The notes under the pieces: model-generated
The model's input: the letters and a program-made list of their open reading frames with translations, nothing else
Database searches by the model: none
Told to the model about the DNA's origin: nothing
NCBI GenBank assembly: GCA_023665205.1
Contig: JAMPEJ010000005.1
Coordinates: 89,273-153,272, forward strand
DNA length: 64,000 bases
Origin: Corallococcus sp.
GTDB lineage: Bacteria; Bacillota; Clostridia; Christensenellales; CAG-314
Direction of reading: 5' to 3'
Made by a program: the position numbers and the translations under genes
Shown here: piece by piece, positions 48,254-56,936 of the stretch
Layout: each line of letters opens with the position of its first letter
Position numbering within the stretch: position 1 is the first letter of the stretch

Positions 48254-50110
48254 TCAAGCGACGTAATCGTAGTCCACGCGCATAACCGCACCCGTGACCG
48301 CATTTATTTTCAGTTCGTACTCTACGCCGTCAAATACAAACCCTACTTCGTAAACGTCCATACCGTTTTTGCCTTCTTCCAAACTGCACTCCCAATCGGT
48401 AACTCCGTTCTCGTCGTGCACGTCCAAAAGCCAAAACACAATTTCCTTAACTTCCGTTTCCGTCATATTGCCCGGCTGCGGAGGCGCGGGATGACCGCCG
48501 AAATGAGGTTTGTCGTTTTCCCAACGGTCGTCGTTCCAAATTTCGTCCCAATCCATATAGCGGTCGTCAAAATCGTCGTCAAACTTATCGCGAATGGCGT
48601 CGTTTACAATATCTTCGTAGTCGTTACTTTCCAAAAGCGTAATAACTTTCGTTGCCGCATCCACGTTGCAGACGTACTCTACGCCTTTGTTTACAAAAGT
48701 TACTTGATACACGATTTTTCCGTCAGAATCCTTTGTTGTAACGCGCAAACGCTCCAACGTGTTTAATGCGGAAACTTGACCGATTGCGCCGACGTATTCA
48801 TGCACGTGCTGCTTCACATAGTTTTCCACTTCGCGGCGCTGCAGCAATCTGTCGGCATCGTTATCGCCGGTGGATAAGCAGCCGTAGTAAAGCACGTTGC
48901 CGTAGCAATCGATTTCGTATTCGTAAAAATAGTTACCGTAATCGAAAAACACTGTGTAAACTTCTATACGGTAGTATCCGCTGCGCAAACACGCCGCGCT
49001 TTCCGCAACGGCGGACAAATCGCTCTCGGCAACCTTCGCGTGTTGCAATGCCGCTTCGACGATTTCCGTTTCGCTCAATTTTTCACCGTCGGCATCGGGA
49101 TTATAACCGCCCCTGACCGAGCACTCGAAACTGAGCACTTTGCCGGAAAACGCACCGACGGTCACTTCGTACTCGAACGCACCGTAAGAAAACTCTATTT
49201 CGTACGCCATCAATCCGTCTTCGTAATCCAGTTTGCTTTCTTTAACGATCAAGCCTTCGCTTTCGGCAGTCAAGCCTTCCATACCGAGTTTTGCCAAAGC
49301 GATTTTCAAAGCTTCGTCCGCGCCGACGTAAGTTTTGTCGCTTGCGCTGCCGCTGTGAGTAAGATCGTCGTCGTTGATATTGATATTACCCAAAATCAGA
49401 CTCAAATCGTTGACGGACAGAGCAACCAGTTCCTCTTCCGAATACAAACTGCTTGACTGCGCAATTTTGTGTATCAACTGCGCTTTGCCTTGCGAAATGT
49501 CATATTTCTTGGCAAGGGCAGAAACTGCGTCGTCGGATTTTATCCATTGAGCGACAACAGACGCCTCGATATTTTTATCTTTCATAGTAAGGCTTATTTC
49601 GCCGGTAATTCTTTCAACCAATTGGTCGTACAAATCTTTGGAAGAGTCTACGCTTACCAAAACGGAATTGGCAAGATCGCTCAAATAACCTTTACGCAAC
49701 ATAGAGCCGATAACGGCGTTGACGGCGACTTCCAACTGGCATCCTTTAAGATCCATCGTGCCCAAAATATCTTTGCCTTCGTCGTTAAGTCCTTCAGCGG
49801 AAATTACGCGTTGTTTGTTGTTGATTTTAATCTCGACGCTGGGATTCACGTCCAAAGAAACGGTGGCCGCCGAAGCGTACTCGCCGTGCAGACCTATTCC
49901 GCCCAATATTGCCGCCGCAACCAAAATAAACGCCAAAGCAAACGTAGCTATACGCCAAGGCATGATTTTACGCTGCGCGGGTCGTGCGGACGTTGCAGTC
50001 TGACCGTACACGCCGCGGCAATCTTGACTTATGCTGTCGTAAACGTCCGGCGCGGCGTTTGTAAAACCGCCGTTTATCTTTTTTTCTACTTGTTTTTTAT
50101 TCATTTTCAA
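48254..50110 (-). CDS. Anti-sigma-factor-like single-pass membrane protein with four PepSY-like extracytoplasmic repeats
   Basis: ATGA overlap with the ECF sigma gene. One TM (WRIATFALAFILVAAAILGGIGL). Repeated ...Y-E-x-E/V-F...G-x-E-Y-E-x-x-V/I-D/N-A-x-T/S-G-x-V... modules. Confidence 0.7.
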   Translation of the reverse strand: MKMNKKQVEKKINGGFTNAAPDVYDSISQDCRGVYGQTATSARPAQRKIMPWRIATFALAFILVAAAILGGIGLHGEYASAATVSLDVNPSVEIKINNKQRVISAEGLNDEGKDILGTMDLKGCQLEVAVNAVIGSMLRKGYLSDLANSVLVSVDSSKDLYDQLVERITGEISLTMKDKNIEASVVAQWIKSDDAVSALAKKYDISQGKAQLIHKIAQSSSLYSEEELVALSVNDLSLILGNININDDDLTHSGSASDKTYVGADEALKIALAKLGMEGLTAESEGLIVKESKLDYEDGLMAYEIEFSYGAFEYEVTVGAFSGKVLSFECSVRGGYNPDADGEKLSETEIVEAALQHAKVAESDLSAVAESAACLRSGYYRIEVYTVFFDYGNYFYEYEIDCYGNVLYYGCLSTGDNDADRLLQRREVENYVKQHVHEYVGAIGQVSALNTLERLRVTTKDSDGKIVYQVTFVNKGVEYVCNVDAATKVITLLESNDYEDIVNDAIRDKFDDDFDDRYMDWDEIWNDDRWENDKPHFGGHPAPPQPGNMTETEVKEIVFWLLDVHDENGVTDWECSLEEGKNGMDVYEVGFVFDGVEYELKINAVTGAVMRVDYDYVA

Positions 50111-50661
50111 TTCTCCGCAAATATTTTTTGCAATTTTTTTATAGCTCGGTTATACTTTGATATAACCGTCGAAATCGGAATATCGGTAAGTTTTGCTATA
50201 TCTCTGTGTTTCAGTCCGCTGACGGCATGCAATACCACAATTTTGCGTTCGTCCTCAGCCAAACGGGATAGACACTGCGTAACCACTATTTTGTCGTCTG
50301 CGCTCATACGGTCGTTATCGGCAAAATGTCCTTCTATTGCCTCGTCGGTCATTTCGCAAAAGCGACTGTTTTGACGAAACTTGGTGTAGCACAAGTTTTT
50401 TGCGATTGTAAGTATCCAGGCCATAGGCTTGCCGTGCGAAACGTAGGATCCTGCAGATTCGTACACTTTTACTATACAATCGTGCAAAATATCCTTGGCG
50501 TCGAAAACGTTTTTGGTTATCGACAACGCATATGCGTACACTGCGCCGGATGTTTGCTCGTACAAAACACGTAAAGACTCGGCGTCGCCGTGCGCAATGC
50601 CGTAAATGCACCGTTCTACTACTGCGGTGTTCGGCGGCATATCTTTAGTTGTAGTTGGCAT
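50107..50661 (-). CDS. ECF-type RNA polymerase sigma-70 family factor
   Basis: Region 2 (LYEQTSGAVYAYALSI...DILHDCIVKV) and the region 4 HTH (LKHRDIAKLTDIPISTVISKYNRAIKKL). Confidence 0.85.
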   Translation of the reverse strand: MPTTTKDMPPNTAVVERCIYGIAHGDAESLRVLYEQTSGAVYAYALSITKNVFDAKDILHDCIVKVYESAGSYVSHGKPMAWILTIAKNLCYTKFRQNSRFCEMTDEAIEGHFADNDRMSADDKIVVTQCLSRLAEDERKIVVLHAVSGLKHRDIAKLTDIPISTVISKYNRAIKKLQKIFAEN

Positions 50662-50825
50662 ACCAATTTTTCCTCTTTCACTTTAACAACGCGGCAAGCG
50701 TTGATTTTATTGCAAAAAAATGCGCTTTTCAAAAAATATTTTAATAATTGACGACAATCGGCAATAAAAAATGCCCTCTTTCCGGAGTTGGGAGAGCATA
50801 AATTTGCCGCCGAGCAAATCGGACG

Positions 50826-51608
50826 TCACTTCAAAGTTTGTCTGTAAATTTCGTTTTTGGGCACGTTGCGGTCACGCGCGACAGCTTTTATCGCGTCGTT
50901 TTTGGGCATACCGCTTTTGGTGTAGTATTCCAAGTGTTCGGCTACGGAAAGATCGCACAAAGGATTTTTCTGTACCGCTCTGTCGACAACCAACACAAAT
51001 TCGCCCTTGTCGTCGTCGATTTCGTCTGCGAGATTGATAAAGCGCACGCTTTCGTGGGTTTTAGAGATTTCCTTAACCAAACAACAGGGACGGTTCCCCA
51101 GACGCGAAGCAAGGTAACTCATATTTTCCTTTACGTCGTGAACCGAAACGTAAAATACGGCAACGCCGACGCTTGTATCCAGCAATGCGTCGCGTTCCGA
51201 AGTTTTTTCCGGCAAAAAACCGTAATACGTAAAAGGAGGCTTGTAACCGGACAGCACGAATGCGTTTACAAACGCGCTTGCACCGGACACGACAGTATAA
51301 GGATAGTTACGTTCTTTTAAGGCGTTGACCAAAACGTTTCCGGGATCGTTGATGCAAGGCATGCCGGCATCGGTAATCAAAGCCAAGTCCTCTCCGCGTT
51401 CGCAAAAGGACATAATAAAATCCAAACTCTTTTTTTCATTGAATTTGTGATAGCTGTACGTCGGTTTTGAAATGCCGTATTTCGCAAGCAGTATTTGCGA
51501 GTGTCGAGTGTCTTCGCAAAAAATTGCAGAAACGCTGCCTAGCACTTCCACTGCGCGGTAGGTGATTTCTCCCAAGTTGCCTATGGGCGTTGCCACAAAA
51601 TATACCAT
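50826..51608 (-). CDS. rsmI: 16S rRNA (cytidine1402-2'-O)-methyltransferase
   Basis: ORF trimmed to ATG 51608 (GGAGAA RBS). VATPIGNLGEIT, CEDTR and DAGMPCINDPG motifs. Confidence 0.9.
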   Translation of the reverse strand: MVYFVATPIGNLGEITYRAVEVLGSVSAIFCEDTRHSQILLAKYGISKPTYSYHKFNEKKSLDFIMSFCERGEDLALITDAGMPCINDPGNVLVNALKERNYPYTVVSGASAFVNAFVLSGYKPPFTYYGFLPEKTSERDALLDTSVGVAVFYVSVHDVKENMSYLASRLGNRPCCLVKEISKTHESVRFINLADEIDDDKGEFVLVVDRAVQKNPLCDLSVAEHLEYYTKSGMPKNDAIKAVARDRNVPKNEIYRQTLK

Positions 51609-51756
51609 TGTTTTCTCCGTAATTACAAATCTTCCGTGACTCAAGCCGATGCGCACGAATTTGCCGCATAATTTGTCAGTTGCTATATTACTAGTTGATG
51701 ATAAAAGCAAGATAAACGCGCTGCCTCGCAACGTTTCAAAAACGCAGAGTCACGTA

Positions 51757-52494
51757 TTATTCCACGCCGTACCAAGCCTTAGCCTCGGGCGTATAATTAC
51801 CGTTTTCGTCAAGAACGCTCATGGGCTTACGTAAAGTACAGTCGCTTTCGCCGCATTTTACAGCGCGGACAAGTACCAAGTTGGGCTCCGTATTCGGACG
51901 GGGACATACAGGCAAAATCTCCTTGACGGCAAGCTTGTATTCGCCGCACAAACAAACTATTTCGCAAATGCGGCTTGCTTGATGTACCAAATAAAAGTTA
52001 CCGCGGTTATTGAGAATTTTTGCCGCGTTTGCAACGACGTCTCGGAGCGTCGCTTTCAATTCGTGTCGGCAAACGGCAAGGTTATCCGCCCGTTGTATTT
52101 CGCCGCTGCCCACCTTGCGGTAAGGCGGATTACACACCACTTCGTCGGCAAGACTGTCAATACGTTTCGCCGCGTCTTTCAAGTCGCAGCAAAGCACCTC
52201 GATTTGATCTTGCAAACCGTTAAGTTGAACGCTGCGCACCGCCATATCGGCAAGTACGGACTGAATTTCCATAGCAACGATACGTTTAGGGCGTTTCTTT
52301 TTGGCAAGAAGCAAACTTATTACTCCGCTACCCGCGCCGAATTCTACACAGAATTTGCCTTTCATATCGCGGCAAAAATTGGCAAGCAATACCGCGTCCG
52401 TGGTAAATCGGTATTCCGTTTCGCTTTGGATAATTTTAAGTCCGTCGCACTGCAAATCTTCTATTTTTTCGTTAGGCAACAGTTTTACTTGCAT
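51757..52494 (-). CDS. SAM-dependent methyltransferase, tRNA (adenine-N6)-methyltransferase (TrmN6/YabB)-like
   Basis: VEFGAGSGV SAM motif and NPPY catalytic motif. Adjacent to rsmI, as in Bacillus yabB-yabC. Confidence 0.75.
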   Translation of the reverse strand: MQVKLLPNEKIEDLQCDGLKIIQSETEYRFTTDAVLLANFCRDMKGKFCVEFGAGSGVISLLLAKKKRPKRIVAMEIQSVLADMAVRSVQLNGLQDQIEVLCCDLKDAAKRIDSLADEVVCNPPYRKVGSGEIQRADNLAVCRHELKATLRDVVANAAKILNNRGNFYLVHQASRICEIVCLCGEYKLAVKEILPVCPRPNTEPNLVLVRAVKCGESDCTLRKPMSVLDENGNYTPEAKAWYGVE

Positions 52495-52533
52495 GTTTGT
52501 ATTTTACAACAAACACAGAAATAAGTAAAGACC

Positions 52534-52742
52534 TAGCCGCACGAAACTTTCAACCACTTTGAGCGAGTAAAGCGGAAGCCGCACGAGAGTTGGAATTGCA
52601 AGAATCGAAAGGGCGGAGATTGTGCGCAATTGCCGTCGTTGTGGAGCGAGGGCGTACTTGACGGTACGTTAGAGCGACAGAAGGCGGCAAGGGTGTGCGA
52701 GATACGCCGTTTCGAATTGCAAGAACAACTCGAGTGCGGCTA
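52534..52742. repeat. Structured intergenic repeat, copy 2 (core 52576..52742)
   Basis: Core about 85 % identical to 18029..18195. Closed by AGCCGCACGAG / CTCGAGTGCGGCT, with an extra upstream TAGCCGCACGAAAC segment. Confidence 0.85.
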
Positions 52743-52768
52743 AAAAAAGCCCACGCAAACGCGTGGGC
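52742..52768 (-). terminator. Rho-independent terminator of the ferredoxin gene
   Basis: Minus strand: GCCCACGC-GTTT-GCGTGGGC followed by T7. Confidence 0.85.
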
Positions 52769-52783
52769 GTAAAAGGTTTGTTG

Positions 52784-52954
52784 TTAGGCTTCTTCGATGG
52801 CGCTAACAGGGCATTGTGCTGCGCATGCACCGCAATCTACGCAAAGATCGGCGTTGATTTCGCACTGATCTCCGGCTTTGCTGATCGCTTCGCAAGGGCA
52901 CACACTGATGCAATTTTCACATCCGATACATTCGCTGCTAATTTTGTGAGCCAT
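52784..52954 (-). CDS. 2x[4Fe-4S] ferredoxin (56 aa; below the ORF-track length cut-off)
   Basis: Hand translation: MAHKISSECIGCENCISVCPCEAISKAGDQCEINADLCVDCGACAAQCPVSAIEEA. Two CxxCxxCxxxCP clusters. GGAGAAA RBS. Confidence 0.85.
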   Translation of the reverse strand: MAHKISSECIGCENCISVCPCEAISKAGDQCEINADLCVDCGACAAQCPVSAIEEA

Positions 52955-53180
52955 AAGTTAGTTTCTCCTTTATCAGATTGATTAAATTGTAACATTACCC
53001 CCAAAATTTGTCTACTGTTTTTCGACAACTTTCCCCACAGGCGATCTAACGGATATTTTCGGTATCTTACGCTACGGTTTTCTATTCGCAACCAAAACCG
53101 GTTTCAACGCCGCAACCGGTTTGAGTTTTACAAAAAAAGAACGTCGCAAATTTTTAGCGGCGTCCTTTTGTACGTTTTGT

Positions 53181-54878
53181 TCAGTTGTTGTCGTTACTGC
53201 CTACGGCGTCGTCCGACGCGTCGGGTTCTATCAGGTTGACTTCCGCGCTTTGGTCGTACTCAACTTCGATTTCCGGTTCCTGCGGCTGCTTGCCCAAAAT
53301 CTGTTCCAGTTCCGTCTTTGTCAATTCTTCGTCGAAAGTTTGCGCAATGATCGTTAATCGGTCTCCTGCGTGAATTTTCTTTTCTCCGTCGTCGTCCATA
53401 CGTTTGACGCGGTCGCCCGCCGCAATATCTCCCACTTTGGTATTGGCAGGCCACAAAATATCCCTTACGCTTTTGGAAACGGCAAACGCGTCCTCAGCCA
53501 CGACGTAGTTCAACTTCAAAATTTTGTGCGTCTTGCCTTTGTTTTGAGTTTCCACCATACGTTCCAGCAAAACGTCGTACAAAGGTTCCACCTTGACTAT
53601 TTCGCACAACAAGTAACTTACAAACACGGTAATTGCCACGTAAAATAAATTGGTAAAGTTCCAAGTACATTCTACCGTAAATACAAGTGCCGTCAAGGGT
53701 GCGCGCGTAGCCGCTCCCATAAAAGCCGTCATGGACAGTATGACCACGGTGCCGTACAATTCTGGACGCATACCCATTGCACAAAACAACTCTGCGCATA
53801 CCGCGCCCAACAGCGCCCCGATCGAAAGCATCGGAATAAACACGCCGCCCGTTGCGCCGCTGCTGGTAGCAAACGCAATGGTAAAAAAGCGTATAAGCAG
53901 CAAAATAAATATAATATACCAAGACATAGAAGCGGCAGACGTCTCTCCGTTTGCGGCAAGTTTTGTAATCAAACCTCCACCGCCGTACAACGCGTCCGTG
54001 CCGTTGAAGTTGCCCACGGCAATTACTCCGATAACAGCAGTAAGCACAAATACGACCAACAGTTTTGCCCATTGAGGAATTTTTTTAAGTTTGCCGTCGT
54101 ACGTTTTGCCCATCCAAAACACAAACAGATTGTATCCGCAAGCAACGATCGCCACAAACAATCCCAAAAGTAGCGGGACCCATATGTCCGACATTTTGAG
54201 ACTGACAAGGGCAACGTCAAACAGCGGAGCCGCTTCTTTGCCCAATGCCATACCCCACAGGTTGGATGCCGTAACTCCGAAAAGTACCGACGACAAACTC
54301 ATCAAAAATATCATCGGCGTAAAACGCTTGTGCGCTTCTTCCAAAGCAAACAGTATGCCCGTAACCGGCGCAACCGTAGCGACGGCAAATCCGGCGCACG
54401 CGCCGCCAGTCATAATGTAGCGGTTCCAACTGTCGTGAGACAAAGGCAATTTACTTGTTCCGCCGCCTATCGCCGTACCCAATAGCACGCTGGGGCCTTC
54501 GCTGCCCAAAGGAAGCCCCGAAAAAAAACTGATAAAACTGTTGACAATGACGGCAATCGCCGTACGCAGCCAACGGAAAGTAAGTATGCCGCGCAATACG
54601 CCTTCTGCGCGAGGGATACCTCCGCCCTTGGTTTCGCTTGCCCAACGCTGCAACAGCCAAGCGACAAACGCCAACGCCGCTGCGCCGCCGAGTATTGCAA
54701 AAATAAGCCAAGGATTAGCTTGCGCCGCATGGTAGATCTCCACCGATTTTTCCGACAGCCATTCCGCGCCCAACTTGAAGAAGTAAACGACGGTGCCTAC
54801 GAGCAAACCGGTAAACGCCCCGTACACCAAAACCGGTATAACCACGTTTAATAGATAATATCTGTATTTCTGTTTCAT
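53181..54878 (-). CDS. ClC-family voltage-gated chloride channel with C-terminal RCK_C/TrkA-C domain
   Basis: GSEGPSV selectivity motif, GVFIPMLSIGA, and a cytoplasmic C-terminal domain. Confidence 0.85.
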   Translation of the reverse strand: MKQKYRYYLLNVVIPVLVYGAFTGLLVGTVVYFFKLGAEWLSEKSVEIYHAAQANPWLIFAILGGAAALAFVAWLLQRWASETKGGGIPRAEGVLRGILTFRWLRTAIAVIVNSFISFFSGLPLGSEGPSVLLGTAIGGGTSKLPLSHDSWNRYIMTGGACAGFAVATVAPVTGILFALEEAHKRFTPMIFLMSLSSVLFGVTASNLWGMALGKEAAPLFDVALVSLKMSDIWVPLLLGLFVAIVACGYNLFVFWMGKTYDGKLKKIPQWAKLLVVFVLTAVIGVIAVGNFNGTDALYGGGGLITKLAANGETSAASMSWYIIFILLLIRFFTIAFATSSGATGGVFIPMLSIGALLGAVCAELFCAMGMRPELYGTVVILSMTAFMGAATRAPLTALVFTVECTWNFTNLFYVAITVFVSYLLCEIVKVEPLYDVLLERMVETQNKGKTHKILKLNYVVAEDAFAVSKSVRDILWPANTKVGDIAAGDRVKRMDDDGEKKIHAGDRLTIIAQTFDEELTKTELEQILGKQPQEPEIEVEYDQSAEVNLIEPDASDDAVGSNDNN

Positions 54879-54944
54879 CCTTGTTGTTTTACCCCGTTTT
54901 GCCGACGCGTGGCAAATATGCCTACGCCGTACATATACATATAT

Positions 54945-55592
54945 TTATCCAATGCAGCCCGACAACAATTTGACGATTTCTGCCGGTGAACAAGCCACCA
55001 TTTCGGGCTTTGCGGCTTTCAGTTCGTCGACTTTACCGAAGCCGTAAGTAACTGCCATTGCATCTATTCCGTTCTCGTGAGCGCCGTCAACGTCGTAGCG
55101 GGTATCGCCTATCATAATACAGCGAGACTTATCCCAAGAATGATCGGCTATCAACTGACGCAGCACTTCAGATTTGAAACCGCGCTTTTCCGTCTGTCCG
55201 TAAACGGAAGCGAAGAAGTCTTTCAGCCCGAACCTTTCGATAGAGGAAATTGCGTGCGGCTGATACTTCGAGGACGCTACAGAAAGAACAAACCCGTAGT
55301 TCTTTAATTGCCTTAACGCATTTTCAATGCCGTCGTACAGCCTGCTCATATTTACGGCGTTGTCTTCTGCAAAAATCTTACGGTGCAACGCTATGCCATC
55401 GTTCATACGGTCTGCGCCTACCAGTTCCGTGTAACTGAATTCCAGCGGAGGACCGATATGACGGTCAAAATCCACGCCGTCGTAACCTACGCCCATTATA
55501 TCCAAAACTTTTTTGAAAGTGTGGTATATTCCTTCCGACGTATCGTTGATCGTACCGTCGAAATCGAATATAAGGTATTTGTAATTTTTCAT
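54945..55592 (-). CDS. HAD-superfamily hydrolase (phosphoglycolate phosphatase-like)
   Basis: DFDGT motif I, S/T motif II, GDTRYD motif IV. Confidence 0.8.
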   Translation of the reverse strand: MKNYKYLIFDFDGTINDTSEGIYHTFKKVLDIMGVGYDGVDFDRHIGPPLEFSYTELVGADRMNDGIALHRKIFAEDNAVNMSRLYDGIENALRQLKNYGFVLSVASSKYQPHAISSIERFGLKDFFASVYGQTEKRGFKSEVLRQLIADHSWDKSRCIMIGDTRYDVDGAHENGIDAMAVTYGFGKVDELKAAKPEMVACSPAEIVKLLSGCIG

Positions 55593-56161
55593 AATTGCGA
55601 TTGCCTTGCTTTTTCTTCAAAAAACCGCTGACTTTTGGGTAAAGAATAACGCATGACCACACCGTAATTGTAGGAAAGATAGTTTTTCAGTTTGTACAAC
55701 TGTTGTATATGGTTACACTCGCATTCCAGTTCGTAATCGGTTCTGCCCAGATATTCGTTTTTGTCCAATTCCAAAGTCCACTCTTGCAAAGAGAAAACCG
55801 TGCGGTAAGTATGCAATTGTCCTACGCAAGTCAAGACTTCGTACAAATCGGTTTTCAGCATACCGTTAATTTCTCTGGGATAAACGCCTCTGTCGATAAG
55901 CGTCCGCGCAAACGCTGCATCCACCTCGCATTCGCGCTCATCGCATACGGTAACGCCGTCGGAATTTTGCAAACGTTTTTTGTAACACAAAATGTAGCAA
56001 TTGCCTTTTTGACGCAAACGTACCATACAGTCGTCGCCCAAGTGCTGCGAAACAAAATAGTAATTTACCTGCAATTGCGGCTTGTTGTTTGACAAAGCGG
56101 ATAATATTCCGTATTCTCTTTCGTCCAGCGAAAGTTTCAGTTCCTGTTCCAAATTTCTCAT
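55589..56161 (-). CDS. CYTH-domain protein (triphosphate tunnel metalloenzyme family)
   Basis: N-terminal E-x-E-x-K (EQELKLS) and C-terminal ELECE. The start is uncertain (ATG 56161 or TTG 56206). ATGA overlap with the HAD gene. Confidence 0.6.
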   Translation of the reverse strand: MRNLEQELKLSLDEREYGILSALSNNKPQLQVNYYFVSQHLGDDCMVRLRQKGNCYILCYKKRLQNSDGVTVCDERECEVDAAFARTLIDRGVYPREINGMLKTDLYEVLTCVGQLHTYRTVFSLQEWTLELDKNEYLGRTDYELECECNHIQQLYKLKNYLSYNYGVVMRYSLPKSQRFFEEKARQSQL

Positions 56162-56441
56162 TTTTTTGTAACTGTCCTGCGGTACAAAAACGCACGTTTG
56201 CCGCAACGCATATTAAAAAGTCAAATCTTTACGCGCACCGGCGCACGATACCCAACTTTACTGCGAGCTGACGCTTGCGCAACTGCAAAGACGAGTTTGC
56301 CCGCGCAAAACGAACGCGATAAAACGTCTTATATGCGCGATACTGCTTGCAGTATGTTTACGAACGCCAAGCAAAAAAGGCTTGCATTGGGACATTTCGC
56401 CCTCTTGCGCAACCTTTTTGTGCAATATTATATTTGCGCGA

Positions 56442-56924
56442 CTATTCTTCGTGCTTTTTTTTGACGGTTTTGGTAGTGTCAAAAATTTTGCGCATTTCTT
56501 CTATAAAAGTAGCACTGTCCTTAAATTGACGGTACACCGCCGCAAAACGGATATAGGCCACTTCGTCAAGTATTTTAAGCTCCTGCATCACCAAATCGCC
56601 GATTTTTTGCGAAGCCACTTCTTGCTCCAAACTGTTGTAAAGGCTTTTTTCGATATTATCGACGACTTCGTCTATTTGCGCCATGGAAATCGGACGTTTT
56701 TCGCAAGCGCGGATTATACCGTTCTTTAATTTTTCTCTTTCGTACAATTGCCTGGTGCCGTCGCGTTTGATCACCAAAAATGGCACTATCTCGATAGTTT
56801 CAAAGGTGGTAAACCTTCGGCTGCAATTTGTACATTCTCTGCGACGGCGTATGCTTTTGCCGTCGTCGGTGGAACGGGAATCGATTACTTTGCTGTCCTC
56901 ACAGCCGCAATACATACATCTCAT
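56442..56924 (-). CDS. nrdR: Transcriptional repressor NrdR
   Basis: Zinc ribbon [17 protein letters not shown]...[12 protein letters not shown] plus an ATP-cone. Confidence 0.95.
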   Translation of the reverse strand: MRCMYCGCEDSKVIDSRSTDDGKSIRRRRECTNCSRRFTTFETIEIVPFLVIKRDGTRQLYEREKLKNGIIRACEKRPISMAQIDEVVDNIEKSLYNSLEQEVASQKIGDLVMQELKILDEVAYIRFAAVYRQFKDSATFIEEMRKIFDTTKTVKKKHEE

Positions 56925-56936
56925 AATAAATATTTC

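Noticed and set aside
54879-54944. Fluoride (crcB-motif) riboswitch upstream of the ClC gene.
   Set aside because: The intergenic space is only 66 nt with no matching conserved stems. The channel is a 565 aa ClC with an RCK_C domain, not a short ClC-F type.
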